From Trichinella spiralis (lineage: Eukaryota): 64,000 nucleotides of DNA. Position numbers and translations under genes: made by a program. Every line of letters starts with the position of its first letter. Position 1 is the stretch's first letter. The notes below the pieces were generated by a model. It was given only the letters and a program-made list of their open reading frames with translations. It searched no databases and was not told the origin of the DNA. Of this stretch, positions 1-12,557 are shown one piece after another. The DNA is taken from the NCBI RefSeq assembly GCF_000181795.1, contig NW_003526940.1:2867011-2931010 (forward strand). Direction: 5' to 3'.

Positions 1-1947
1 ACTGTTTTATCTGAGTTCATCAGATAAATTATGTTTCAGCTAGCAATTAAATGAAATTTATGCATTGAATGCTTTTCCGTTTGTCAGAAAATATTCTGAT
101 GATTAGCTAAAGGCGATTGTAATACAATGGTAAAATCAACAGGTGATGAATTGTTCACAGCTGCAGTTGTCAGCTAAAACTAGGTATGGCAACTGCTAAC
201 TATTAGCATTTAAATACTTTTCGAATTTCATGCTAACTGTTCCATGAAAATCTTTCTTGTTAGCAATCAAAGAATTTTATTTTCAACTTCGGAAAGTTTT
301 GACTTTTTTCATCAGTGTTATTGTTTAAAGTCGTATATTTTATTTAAATAGAAAATTAAAAATCTGCAATATTACTTACAAGTCAAAGAACAAATTTATT
401 TATATATTTCGTGTAAATTGTAAACTTTCTATTTCAACATCTGAACAAACCGAGTAGTGCGTTGGTGAACACTTAAATTGCTATATATTTTCATTTCCAT
501 TTTCAATCTTTCAATGTATATTAGAAAGATAACGAAATCTTTAAACATTCCGCATCAAAAGCTGCGCCTATGATGTAGCTGATCTGTTTGATGTTGCATT
601 TCAAATTACATTTGAACTTGGTTGTAAGTGACCATGGAATTCGGCAAGAATTTTCATGCACTTATCCATTATTTTATCGTTTAATTAACTACAGGAAGTT
701 TTTTTCGGCCAAAATCTTATGCACTTAACCAAGTTCGACTGTATTTTATATGAAATGTATGAACGTCTAACAGGATTTTTCATAGAAACAGAAAAACTAA
801 TCGACATTTATTAAAATACATATATGGATGTTTCGTAATGAAAGAAATTTTGTGAATATTAAAGTAAAATTCTTGGATTGCAAACAAGAAAGATTTAAAT
901 ACAGTGATATTTTTAGATATTTGATCTGACATGACCTAAATTCCAACTCCAATAGCATACATTATTAAGCTGTCATTCTTTCAACGTTTGTGATTGATTT
1001 ATTGGAACTGTTGCCGTTGTTTACTGGCAAAAGAAACAACCGTTGTTGTTATTGAACCAGAGAACAACAGTCAGTTAGTCGCGTTTCAATTCGTGGTAGA
1101 GAATAGTTGCTGTGATCATTTTTTCGCTCGTATGTTGCCTGTTTGATTGTATGTTCAATAAAATATACTTAAGATTATCATATACGAAAAGCGAGATATT
1201 GTGAAATTCAGATTTAACCGCGAAAGAAGACAGTTAGTTGTAGAACCTAATTGTCTGTAATAAACTGTAGTACGATTACCCTGCAAGTCTACTACAAGAT
1301 CTTTTCAGCTTAATACTCCATTCACATTGAAAACACCTATTCTAATAAAAGAAGCATTTATTTATAAGACGAATTTATGTGAAAACATACAAATTGAAAA
1401 AATATTTGAAAACACCAATTACATGAATGTTATTTTGAAATTTTCATATGGCAAAATTAAATACCATGACAAATACACAGATGTTCAGAAATTAATTATA
1501 AATTCTCATCGTACAACGACGCATTCACTGAAATATACCATTATTGTTCTTCGTCTTTTCGAAAAAGTACAATTAGCGTGTGCCAAATCATTGACATGAA
1601 CTTTTCATAATCAAAATCAAACAATTTGGATTAATACATAATTATCATGCGTTATTGAACTTTTCGAATAAAAAAAACTGATTCAAATGGATAAATGAGT
1701 AATTATTAATTTTCATAATTACAATTTTATCACTTTTATAAATACATTTATATGTTATTTAAGTAAATAATGTAGATGTTTAATATCTTTAAACAAAAAC
1801 TTTTAAAGATCGGAAAAAATTTTAAATTTAAAACTGAAATTAGCTTATTTTAAAGTTTGAAACAATACGGATAACTATATGAAACACTAATTAGTTTGCT
1901 TTGCTTGCTTCAACCTGACTGCTTGTTGGTTGTTGATTGCTTGAAAA

Positions 1948-2442
1948 ATGGCCCAAATTTTTCAAAATATTCGCAATGATATTTGGAACGTCATCGATGA
2001 TGAAAGCAGATTGGTTGGAAAACTGTTTGCTAAATTTGAACAAAAAACTGGCAAAAGTCGTTACCAAGCTGCGGTAATGTTAGCTATTGTAATTTGTGTG
2101 CTTTTGATTGTTAGCCCTGGTGCAGGATTGTTGTGCAATTTCATATGCATTGGTTATCCAGCAATGAAGACATTAATTGAGATGCAATCAAGTGAAAACG
2201 TCAACTGTAAGCAGTGGATGACTTATTGGGTGATTTTTGGCTTCTCTCGACTTGTTGATTATTTTGCTGAATGCATATCCTTTGTTATACCAATCTATTG
2301 GCCGTTGAAATGCATTTTCTTTGTTTGGCTTTTCACTCCTAGCTGCCTTGGAGCTGCAACATTGTATGAAAAGTTTTTCCAATCCCGCTACAGTGAATTT
2401 ATATCTGGCTGTACTACTGCTGTAGAAATGACTGCAGAATAA
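1948..2442 (+). CDS. Receptor expression-enhancing protein (REEP5/DP1/Yop1, TB2/DP1/HVA22 family), single exon
   Basis: 164-aa ORF with family motifs LLCNFICIGYPAMKT, KQWMTYWVIFG and IPIYWPLKCIFFVWLFTP, plus two long hydrophobic hairpins. Confidence 0.9.
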   Translation: MAQIFQNIRNDIWNVIDDESRLVGKLFAKFEQKTGKSRYQAAVMLAIVICVLLIVSPGAGLLCNFICIGYPAMKTLIEMQSSENVNCKQWMTYWVIFGFSRLVDYFAECISFVIPIYWPLKCIFFVWLFTPSCLGAATLYEKFFQSRYSEFISGCTTAVEMTAE

Positions 2443-3126
2443 CCATCATCATCACTCTTTTCTACTATTCATCCGCTTATTTATTATTATTTTTATTATA
2501 TTCTTATGTTTCATACTAAATTATCTTAAAAAATTTTTGATTACTCTCAACTCAATATAATGTATAAAATCTGAAACTGTTATTTGAATGTGAAAATGAT
2601 ACTGCTGTTATTTTATTAAATAATTAATTTCAATAATCGCTGTTTTGCACTAATTTCTGACAAAATATGAATTGAACATGTTATTTATAAAATGGCTGCA
2701 AAAAAATCTTTAACCCAGCTTAAGGTAAATTTTGAAAAGTGACAGTTGAAATATCAAATTGCACTTTCAGAATAAAATTGTTAAATTATTATTTCCATTT
2801 AATTCTCATTTGTATGATCATAGCATTATAATTGATTGTCAAAGTTATAAATCAAATGCTTAAATGTTACAACACTGGCAGCTGCATAAAGCAGAACAGC
2901 AACGAAAATTATTTCAATTATCATAACTTCAAATTCTAAACATTCACTTTGATCTTTATTACCGTGCATGTCATCAGCTTCGACACGCTTCTTAGAAATT
3001 TGCCGACGCAGTAGTATAAATGTAATAAATCAAATGCTTGACGGATGCAACCTTCGTGCAGGAATAACAAATCACATCTCATCTCAAATATACATCTCAA
3101 AGTAACCTTTCAGTCCTGGCATTGGC

Positions 3127-3442
3127 TTTTCATGTATTTGATATTACTATTCATTCTTTTCATGTTTGTCAGTAATATAGAATTTCTCATAAAAATTATA
3201 CCAATTCAGTATTTAAATTATCTTTGTAATATTCACTGTGATTTACATCACTAGATTCTTCTGCTGGTCTGCCAGCTAAATACTTTTGTCAAATGCGCCT
3301 AACGCCAATATTCCTTCTCTTTATGATTATTTTCATAAATTTAATACGCCACTGTTTAAAATTCTTTTCATTTAATGACAACTAATTTTCATTTTCTACT
3401 ATACACATTTTATTATACAAATTGCTGTTTCTGATTCTATTA
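3127..3442 (+). repeat. ~315-bp diverged direct repeat, copy 1 (copy 2 at ~4474-4790)
   Basis: Shared blocks such as tttcatgtttgtcagtaatatagaatttctcataaaaattat, taatattcactgtgatt and aactaattttcattttcta occur in the same order in both copies. Confidence 0.9.
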
Positions 3443-3479
3443 AAAAAATGAAGTTAATTATATTTAAAAGTATGTAAGT

Positions 3480-3985
3480 ATGTCCCTTGTGTATGAAGGC
3501 AGGGTGTACAAATTAAAATATACCGGCAAACGGAGGAAATGTTGGGGGTGTTCAAAAGTATGTGCTGAACATACTGAATGTGCTCCTTGCCATTAAAAAT
3601 TTGTTTGAAGTGAATCGAAATATATACTGGTAATTGCGACGGGTTCCAACATTAGACTGCTGGCAGCCATGCGAACCTGGGGCATGGATGGTACTTTCAA
3701 GGTTGTACCACAATGGTATCAACAACTGTTTACCATCCATGCCTTTGTGGCGGGTAAGCTGCTGCCAGCAGTCTACTGTTTATGTACGGGTAAAGATATT
3801 GGAACATACGGGTTTATTTTCCAAGCTTTAATAAACAAAGCGGCAGTCCTCAGGGTCAATCTCAATCCACAAACAATAATTTGTGATTTTGAAACAGCCC
3901 TGATGCCCGCGATTAAGGGCTACTTCCCTAATAAGCGGGTACAGGGCTGCTGCTTCCACTTCTGCCAGGCGGTACATAGGAAAGC
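3480..3985 (+). mobile_element. Mutator-like (FLYWCH-MULE) transposase remnant, internally deleted
   Basis: MSLVYEGRVYKLKYTGKRRKCWGCSK (FLYWCH-like) followed by WGMDGTFKVVPQWYQQLFTIH and IICDFETAL...GCCFHFCQAVHRK (MULE DDE domain); truncated after VHRK. Confidence 0.88.
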
Positions 3986-4293
3986 GCTATGTAAAAATAG
4001 TCTGATTAATGTCTTCTCAAATAAATAAAACCATGACCTACGCATTTAACTATATGTAAAATTCAGAACATTGCAATGAATATGGAAACAAAAATACCGC
4101 CAAATTCTTCCATAGGTGATATTTACATTGACACAATATAAAAAACGCCATTTTGCTCCAGTCTGTATTGTATTGCATACTTTTTTTATTTTTTCATTGA
4201 AATTTCATTATCTTACTTTCCTCAATCTGAGAACAACAGAATTATTATAAAACAGTCAAAAGGTTAGAAATAAAATTGACAAAATTGTTAGAA

Positions 4294-4357
4294 ATTGACA
4301 AATAGAATGAAATAAAATTTGACAAATAGAATGAAATAATATTTGACAAATAAAATG
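4294..4357. repeat. Short tandem repeat, ~24-bp unit (ttgacaaatagaatgaaataaaat), about 2.6 copies
   Basis: ttgacaaata recurs at 24-bp spacing. Confidence 0.75.
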
Positions 4358-4473
4358 CAGAGGAGTGACAACAAATGAAAATTAGAGGCGCGCGTTAAAG
4401 CAGCAACCAATGAAATTTTACTGCGAAAAAGTAGGCGGAGTCGTTGGGGAAATCGGTTCTACCCCCACCTAGT

Positions 4474-4790
4474 TTTTCATGTAATGAAAATATTACTATT
4501 CATCGGTTTCATGTTTGTCAGTAATATAGAATTTCTCATAAAAATTATGCCAATTCTGTATTAAAATTATCTATCTAATATTCACTGTGATTCACATCAC
4601 TAGGTTCTTCTGTAAGTCTACCACTTAAATCCTTTTTTCAAATGCGTCTAACGCTAATATTCTTTTCTTTATGATTAGTTTCATAAATTTCATACGCCAC
4701 TGGCTAAAATTCTTTTCAGCTAATGGCAACTAATTTTCATTTTCTAATATACAGATTTTATTATATGAATTGGTGTTTTCGACTGTACTA
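4474..4790 (+). repeat. ~315-bp diverged direct repeat, copy 2
   Basis: Collinear match to 3127-3442. Confidence 0.9.
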
Positions 4791-5835
4791 TTTTTCCTCA
4801 TTTATTTCACTGATTTTCCTCATTTATTTATGTATGAACAAGCACGTAGGCGTCACAAATTTATTTCAACAATTTAGTTACTTTGCTGCTGCTCCCACGC
4901 AGTGACAACGATGATCCTTGAAATACTACTCATATTCATGGTGGCTAGTATTGGACTAATAGCGGTAGTACTGGACGGAAAAATTATAGTGCTCTTAAAC
5001 ATTATTAAGCATCAAGAATAACAAAATATTTCAAAACTGTCCGCTCATTTCACATTAAAACCCTGATAACAATTTTCTCCAACTCTTTACTTATACATAA
5101 ATATTTGTTTCCGATCTCTTTTATTTATCATGCAAACAAACATCTTCACCTCAATATTATACATTTAATATGAATGGTATAATGAATTTATAACTGATCA
5201 TAATGAGTATAATGCACAGATATTGAACCATCCTCATTACATGATGCATACTGATTTTCTTTATCACAACGTGTGAAACGAAGAGCTATGATCTAGAAAC
5301 AAATTAAGAAATACAAAATTTAAGAAACACATTAAAAAATTACGTTGTTGTGTGATGAAGTTTCTGAGTGGACCGTACAAATTGTTTTAGCGTTCATCGT
5401 ATTATATATAGTAAAGGAAGTTTTGTACAGTTGTTGTTGTTGTACGGCAATTCAGCCGGTAGTCAAATTGCCATCTTTACAGTAATGCAATCATAGTACT
5501 CGGAATTCTACAACACCGATAGAGCAATGACGAATATTAATTGTATTTATCATAATTATAATTTAAACGTTTGTGATTGCAAAAAATTAAACATTAAAAT
5601 CAAGAGCAAGAGTAATTTATTAAAAGTTACTTTTAAGTTTTTTAAGTTTTACTATTTAAAAAATGCAAGTAGAATTCATACTGTATTTGTGCGTAATGGT
5701 TTTCATTTTTGTTGTCCTAATTGTCCCATCGATTGTAGCTGTGTATTTTTTAAAATTTCATCAAGAATTTATGTTTTGTTTTATTAAATTAACGTATATT
5801 TCGTTAATTCATACTGTTTAATATTTTACAAAGGT

Positions 5836-7731
5836 ATGTCATCGTCGGAAGATTTATCATCAGTCTCCACGTTAGATGAAAATGCAGTAATATTTCCTAC
5901 GCCAGTTAAAGTGAAGAAAGAATTAGCAACTGATTCAGAATTTGAAGAAAAAGAAGCAGCAAATTTACGCTCGGAGCAAACCTGGCAAGAGACAACCAAT
6001 GACCCAACTTTCCGTCGGCCACGACGAAGAAAAGCTTTCTTGCATGGTCGAAGGAAGTCACGTAAACTTCTTAAAAGTCCATCTTCCGAGTTTGTCACTA
6101 AGGCAAAACTGAAAAAATGTGCTCCTGAATATGCATTTGATATTGCTGACTGGAGTGTTTTTGATGATTTTACGCTTATTAATTCCATGATACACGTGCG
6201 TACTTTGGTGTTTCCAGTGCTGTTTATCTGAATTCGCTTATATTTTGTATTTTAGCTAATGAACGTTAGAAATGTGGCTTTGGGAGTTCAGTTTAATCGA
6301 AATGTATCTGAAAAAGAGCTGCTCTGGCGATGGGAATCAATCCTGTTCAACAAATCTGTTTCTGAGTATGTATATTCAAAATTATTATGTAATTTTTTGC
6401 GTTTTTGTTGCCGTTTATAAAAGTGTTTTGGTCTTGTAATTTGCAGTACAGATTTCTGTATGCTATTTTTGTTTTTATTTTTAAAGGAATCTCACTGAAA
6501 AACTGACGACTTTAACGTATATGCCGATTCGAGAAATGCAGCAAAAGATGCCACTGAATAACTACGAGATGCGTTTACTTTATTCTGTTGCTTATGTAAG
6601 TAAATTTTTAGACAGAAATGTTTATTAAATTTGATAAATTTTAGTATTCGCTACCGAGTGTTGAAGTTTTTGAAAATTTAATAAATGAGAATACGGATGT
6701 TTTTTACAAAACTAGAACTGCCCAAGAGTTGCGAGGTATGTGGTTGGAGTTGTATGCTTTGAAACTTTTGCTTGGTCAGCCGGAAAAGTCCTGTTCCGAA
6801 GGCGAATCTGTTTTGTACAGTGAAGACAGTATGTTGTACTTCATAAAGAATTTTGCTTTGAAACTTTGCCTATAATGTTTATTGTTAGGTTTATCGAATA
6901 ATGAATGTAATTTGTTTGCGTATCCCAATCCAACTGAGGAAGATTATTCTGTACTAAGCGAAATGATTGACTTGAAAATGGATGTGCTGTATGCGAAAAT
7001 GCTAAAATGTGAGGGGAAAATAGCAGCATTGCATAAAATCCTTCGGGGAAAAGATGGTTGGTTTACATTATTTGTTGTTTTTTTTTAATTAGTGGCTCGA
7101 ATATTTACTGTATTATTTATATTAGGTTTACATTGTGTGTATTATGTGAAATTTGATGTTTGATTTTTTGTCAGCCACATTGGACATGATTGACGGAGGT
7201 TTAAGACCGGTGGGCAGTTTGGTTGGAAAGCGGTTTTCGTTTATGATCCGAAGTCCGAAGATTACTATTGGCTTCAGTGACGAAAACCAAAAAATGGACG
7301 TCGATTTGACATTGCAACGTAAAATGAAATTTGTTTTTTGTTTGCATTTTGATAAAATATTCATTTGTAGTGGGCCATCGTCCGACAGGGTTGATTAAAG
7401 CTCTTTGTGCAACGCTGCGCATTGACACTTTCACGAACGTATATCTTCGCAGTTATGTAAATGATTATGTAATTGTAAACGGAAAAAAAATTAAACAAAT
7501 GCGTCGAATAAGACTGACCCATGGCTCGCTTATTCAAGTGCGTACAAATTATGAGATGAAATTTTTTTTATTGAAGTATTTTGTTTTCAGATATATGATG
7601 TTGATTTGGAGCTTGAATTGGAAGAAGATTTGCGTCGTGAAATCAAAAAGCAGTTAATTAGAAAAATGTTGAATGATCGATCTTTCAGTGAAACGTTTGA
7701 CTCGAAACCATTACTGAGTGATGACGACTGA
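5836..7731 (+). CDS. mcrs-1: Microspherule protein 1 (MCRS1/MSP58)-like, multi-exon, with C-terminal FHA domain
   Basis: Spliced WSVFDDFTLINSMIH-LMNVRNVALGVQFNRNVSEKELLWRWESILFN resembles the MCRS_N domain; SLVGKRFSFMIRSPKITIGFSDENQKMDVDLTL and VIVNGKKI...LTHGSLIQ resemble the MCRS1 FHA domain; short GT-AG introns; TGA at 7729-7731. Confidence 0.8.
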
Positions 7732-9093
7732 CATTAGTTATTTCAGAAATTCATTATAAATTATTATTCAAGTTATGGTAAAATACTTTGAAGATTAGCA
7801 GATTTTTTATTATTATTGTATTTTCTGTATGAAGTAAATATAACGACAAAGTATAGCAACACATTTTTGAATGGTGATGATTTTGACTTGGCTGTTTCTC
7901 AATCTTATTTTCATTCATAAAAAAACATTATTTGTGATTTTATTTAAAAGCAGTGGAAGAATCAGTTCGATTTTACTGTAATTTTTCAATTCTATGCAAT
8001 TCAATTTGCAACACAAATTTTTAAATATTAACAGTGATTGACAACTTATCAAGAACAAATGGATAGTGAGCTTGCAACGAACATGATGTACGTAGTTCTT
8101 GGAAACTCGAGTCCAATAAAATGAATAGACTTTATAGAGGGGGGGGGGACGAATTTTATAACGTTTGTTTTTGAACGCTTTTCAGTTGCGAAAGTTGAAT
8201 CGCGTTGATTACTAGCGAGATCCACTGTGAAACCACCGAATGCATGGTTGTCTAGGGAAGTGCCACGAACTTTGATCTACAAATAAGATAAAATATGTAT
8301 ATAGAATTTTATACAATTTTGGAAATAAATTTAAGAGTAAAAATAAAATTCATCAGATCTTATCAGCAATATATCACGTTAAACTTATAATGTTTAAGTT
8401 TATTTTCAGTTGTCGTTTTTCATCACAGCTCAATCAAGAATCCATCACAAAGTGTAAATAGAAATGTTACAAACCTTTCAAGTGTAAACATAATCGTCAA
8501 TGAATAAAATAAAACCAAGTCATATCACGTTCATTACGTTTTAATGCATTACAAAAACCGTACAGGAACATGATTCGCAAGAGTTATTACTTTAGCAATG
8601 AAAATTATTGCAGTATAAAATTGCCAGGAAAATGAATTCCAATAAAAAGTATTACTCATATTAATTTTTGTTCAAATTCATTGTAGGTTTTAACATTGTA
8701 ATTAAAAATTAAAGTTGTACAATTTTGCCTAAATGCAAAGTAAAATTTATTATTCTTTATTTCACATATATTTTTTATCTAATATTTAGATGAAAATTAA
8801 AAGTACTATTATTTAAGTACTTTGTAGGATAATGATTTATTTGTGTGATTTACTGTCCAAAAATGCGTCGTAATTGATATGGTAAGAAATGAACCTATTT
8901 AATTTATAATTTAAAAAAAGTAGAAAATTAAAGTTTTTACTTTGATATTTGATTAAACATTTTTTCATTTGATAATTTTATGGAAAGATTATTTTAATGA
9001 ACGTCATTGTCTTGACAATAATTTTTTTTGAAAAGGTTTACTGTATTTTATTTGAAATTTTAGTTCCTGATATTTTTTGTTTTCCAACCGAAG

Positions 9094-9973
9094 ATGCGTC
9101 AGACTTCTATGTTGTATTTTGTTTCAAATGAAACAGGAAATGCAAAGGAATCTTTAAAATTCGTCAAATCCGAATCGTCATCTTTTTTAGTCGACAGTCA
9201 GCAGCATTCAAAACCCAGATCAAGAACTGTAGGATCTTTGAATTGTGATGAAGATCAAATGATACTCGACGCTGGGCAAAAGGAATTTGGAAATAAGTAT
9301 TGCACAGTTTGTGGTATGCATTATAACCCGGATAATGGAAACGATTTTCTTTCTCACGAAAAATATCATCGTCAGATTGTGAAGCCCACTTTTATCATGA
9401 ATAAGTCTCAAGAAAGAATGGTTGCAAAAATAGTACAATTTCCGGATAGTTTCATTGGAAAGGTTAATCTTTGTAAAGGTGAATCGGCAGTCAAATCTTG
9501 GATTGCTAGAATTGTACAATTTGCTTGTAATGAAATTGGATCTTCTTTTGATGAACTGTTTTCCAAAGAGTATAAGTATCAACTTTACATTTTCGTGAAT
9601 GAAGGAAGAAGATTGGAAATTGCTGGTACGTATAATGAATTGAAATTTCCAATCCAACTCAGTTTCATCGTATTCTATTATTTCAGGCTTGCTGCTGGTT
9701 GAACATCAACATACGGCATTTCCACGCGTACAGTTCATGATCGAGGAAAGAGAACGTTGCAGAGTTTTAATGGGTGTTGTTATGATTTGGATCGCACCGT
9801 CGTGCAGACGGAAAAAAATTGCAACGCGTTTGTTGGATTTTGCTCGAAATAACTTTCTTCTCGGTACGAATATTCAAACAAGTCAAATCGCTTTTACCGA
9901 CCTCACTCCTGCTGGTTTAAAATTCGCTGAAAACTATTGCCATTCAAATATATTATTGTATCACAGAGTATGA
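9094..9973 (+). CDS. Eco1/ESCO cohesin N-acetyltransferase; 2 exons (9094-9625, 9687-9973)
   Basis: DQMILDAGQKEFG, C2H2 finger CTVCGMHYNPDNGNDFLSHEKYH, and acetyltransferase motifs MGVVMIWIAPSCRRKKIATRLLD and IAFTDLTPAGLKFA; the phase-1 GT-AG intron joins the two ORFs in frame. Confidence 0.92.
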
Positions 9974-12557
9974 CTGGTCAATTTTTTTTATTTTTATATT
10001 TTATTTTGCATTTCATATGAAGTGCTGTTTTACAGTTTTAACGGTATTTTTAGAAATGCTTTGCAATTAATTTTTAAAACTTTATAATTTTTAAAAGGCA
10101 TAATTTTGATTTGTTTTCTTTACATAAATATAACAGTTCAAAAGTTATTATTGTTTTGTGAAGTTTTCATTCATGTGCGTGTTGTATTAAAGAAAAAGAA
10201 ATTTGTAATTGGAATAGTGATAATCAAGTTCGAATTTGAAAGTTTCAATTGCCGCGAAATTGTCGGTGTGGAAAAAATTGGTAAATTTGTTTATTTAGTT
10301 GTTAATAATTTGACACAGTGCAGTGATTGATTGGTAAAGTGAATTGTTCACGAATCATTTTTAAAAGGGCAATTTTGAAGTTAATGAAGCCAATGAACAA
10401 ATGGGGCGTATTAAATTTGTATGTTGAAATGAAAAAAAAAATTTTCTTCTCATTTCAGTGGGAAAATTAATTTCTGATTGAACAAACATATTTGAAAAAG
10501 AAATTACCATTTACATGAGAAAATAAAATTCTCAAAAAAAGCAAATAAGTATTTGAAATGAATTTTTTTTCAAATGCAACGACTGATGAATAGAATTAAA
10601 AATTGTGATGAAAAAAAAAAGCATTTTTAAATTTTAATTTGACCAAGTTGATCCGTTTGAATTGTGCGGTGCAGGTGACCAGGATTGGTTATTCGTTGGA
10701 ATAGATTGGAAAAGAGAAGTTTTCATTTTTCTCATTCTCATTCAATTATCGACTTTTGCATTTTTATTATGTTATCTTTGTTGCTAGTAAGCCGACTTCT
10801 GCATGCTCGCTCTGTGTGTGTGTGTGTGTCATTTGTCAAAAAGCGTAAGCGGAAAAGAGAGAAAAATTGAAATAAAAAAAACAAAAGTAGAAGAAGAAAA
10901 AATAGAAATAACAAAATTCTCTACGTTGACGCGTTTATTTTGCGCGTTTGATTGATTTGGATGAAATGGTGATCAATTTTCTTCGTCTTTTTTTTTCATA
11001 TGCTAATCTTATTCTTTGTTATTAGTATTAGTATTAGTATTTTTCTATTTTTATAATTTTCAATAATTTCAGTTCGATTTTAATGTTTGTTATAGCCAAT
11101 ATTTCTTCTCTTGTTCACGGATGTGTGAATCAGCAGCACGAATGCAGTCGACGTTCATAATTTACAACAGTGAATTTGTGTTTCGCCATTTGGAACGATT
11201 TCAATTTTTTAAATAACAATAATAATAATAATAATTTTTCCATTGTTCATTTCAGCTATTACTTTTCATTGAACAGCAAAATGACGACATACAGATAATT
11301 TTGTAAGTAGAAATTTTAAAATTCAACCCCTTAACAACAACGAACGTTGTTCGTTCCGCTTGTTCGATTAGCTTAATTGTGCGAATAAATTTTTCAATTC
11401 AAATTGACCACAATTGTGCGTGATTTAAAAAAAATATACATGTATATGTAAATAAATATATATGTATGTATATATATTGTTTTTTTTTAATTTATGAAAT
11501 TGAAAAGAAAAAACTAAAAGTGTAAAAGAAGAAATTTCTAAGAGATCATAAAGAGAGAAAAAATGAAAATAAATTAATTATTTAAGGTTGAAGAAAGAAA
11601 GAGAAGAAAAGAAAAGAATGAATAGAGATGAATGAAGAATGAAAATGGTGAAAATAGCAGAAAGAACAAACGTTAACATTTTGACAGCTAATTTTATATT
11701 TTTCTATTTCAATTTTTTCTGCTATGTGTGTGTGCTAGTTGTGTGTGTTTGCATTGTTTTTCAGTTGCATAAGTTTGAATTTTTTCTTCTGCTCGATTAT
11801 TAGTATAATTATAATTATTGTTGTTGTTGTTGTGATGCTTTATTATGGCAATTGTCGATCAGAACTAAAACGTTAAACGTTCCGTTAAAGTCATCAAGTT
11901 TTAAATAAATAACATCATTGTGCTGTCGTCTGTTTGATGAAACCAAACGACGACGACCAAGCATAACGTATGGCGTGTTGTTGTTAGCTAAAAAGTTTGT
12001 GTGTGTCGTAGTCGCCGCTTTTTCTCCATGCTTAATTTTTGTTACATTTCAAACAGTATCCCACTGCATCGCATTTAGCATTGGACAGGCTGCATCATTG
12101 GTCCGCGTGCATTTGTTATTTCTAACCAATGTTATATATATTATACAAACTTGCTCAATCTCTACTTGCTTATCACTATTTTGATATTTGTTTAAAATTG
12201 GCACTTTTCATCGACAACAACAACGTCTTCTTCAATGTTTTATTGGTTTTGTTCTGCTTCTGCGCGTTTTCCATTTTTACGTTGACGAAAAGTATTTTTC
12301 AGCAAAAGCAATTTACAAGTCGACTGAAGCGAGTCAAATCTTCTCTTGCTTACCAATTTCTATCAACTATTACTGGTGAAGCTAATTTTTTAATTCCATT
12401 ACACCCACATCCACCCACTCCCTCTCCACGCACACACGCACACACATACATATTTTTTCATACTGTTATCTGATTTTTTAAATTTTTTAGTAAGTGAATT
12501 TTTTCATCTTTATTTTTAAGCTATATTTGTTTGTAATTATGTTAATTTCTTTTTCAG

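Noticed and set aside
1200..1296. Possible solo LTR (TGT...ACA with internal AATAAA)
   Set aside because: No convincing target-site duplication and no second copy in the window
5346..5515. TGTTGT...ACAACA-bounded segment resembling a solo LTR
   Set aside because: Only 6-bp inverted ends, and the flanks do not form a target-site duplication
8087..8281. G10 run within a TGTA...TACA segment (polypurine tract or G-quadruplex idea)
   Set aside because: The run is too short for a confident G4, and there is no associated retroelement coding sequence
5836..9973. MCRS1 and Eco1 as a nematode operon
   Set aside because: Same strand, but the ~1.35-kb gap and lack of spliced-leader data give no support
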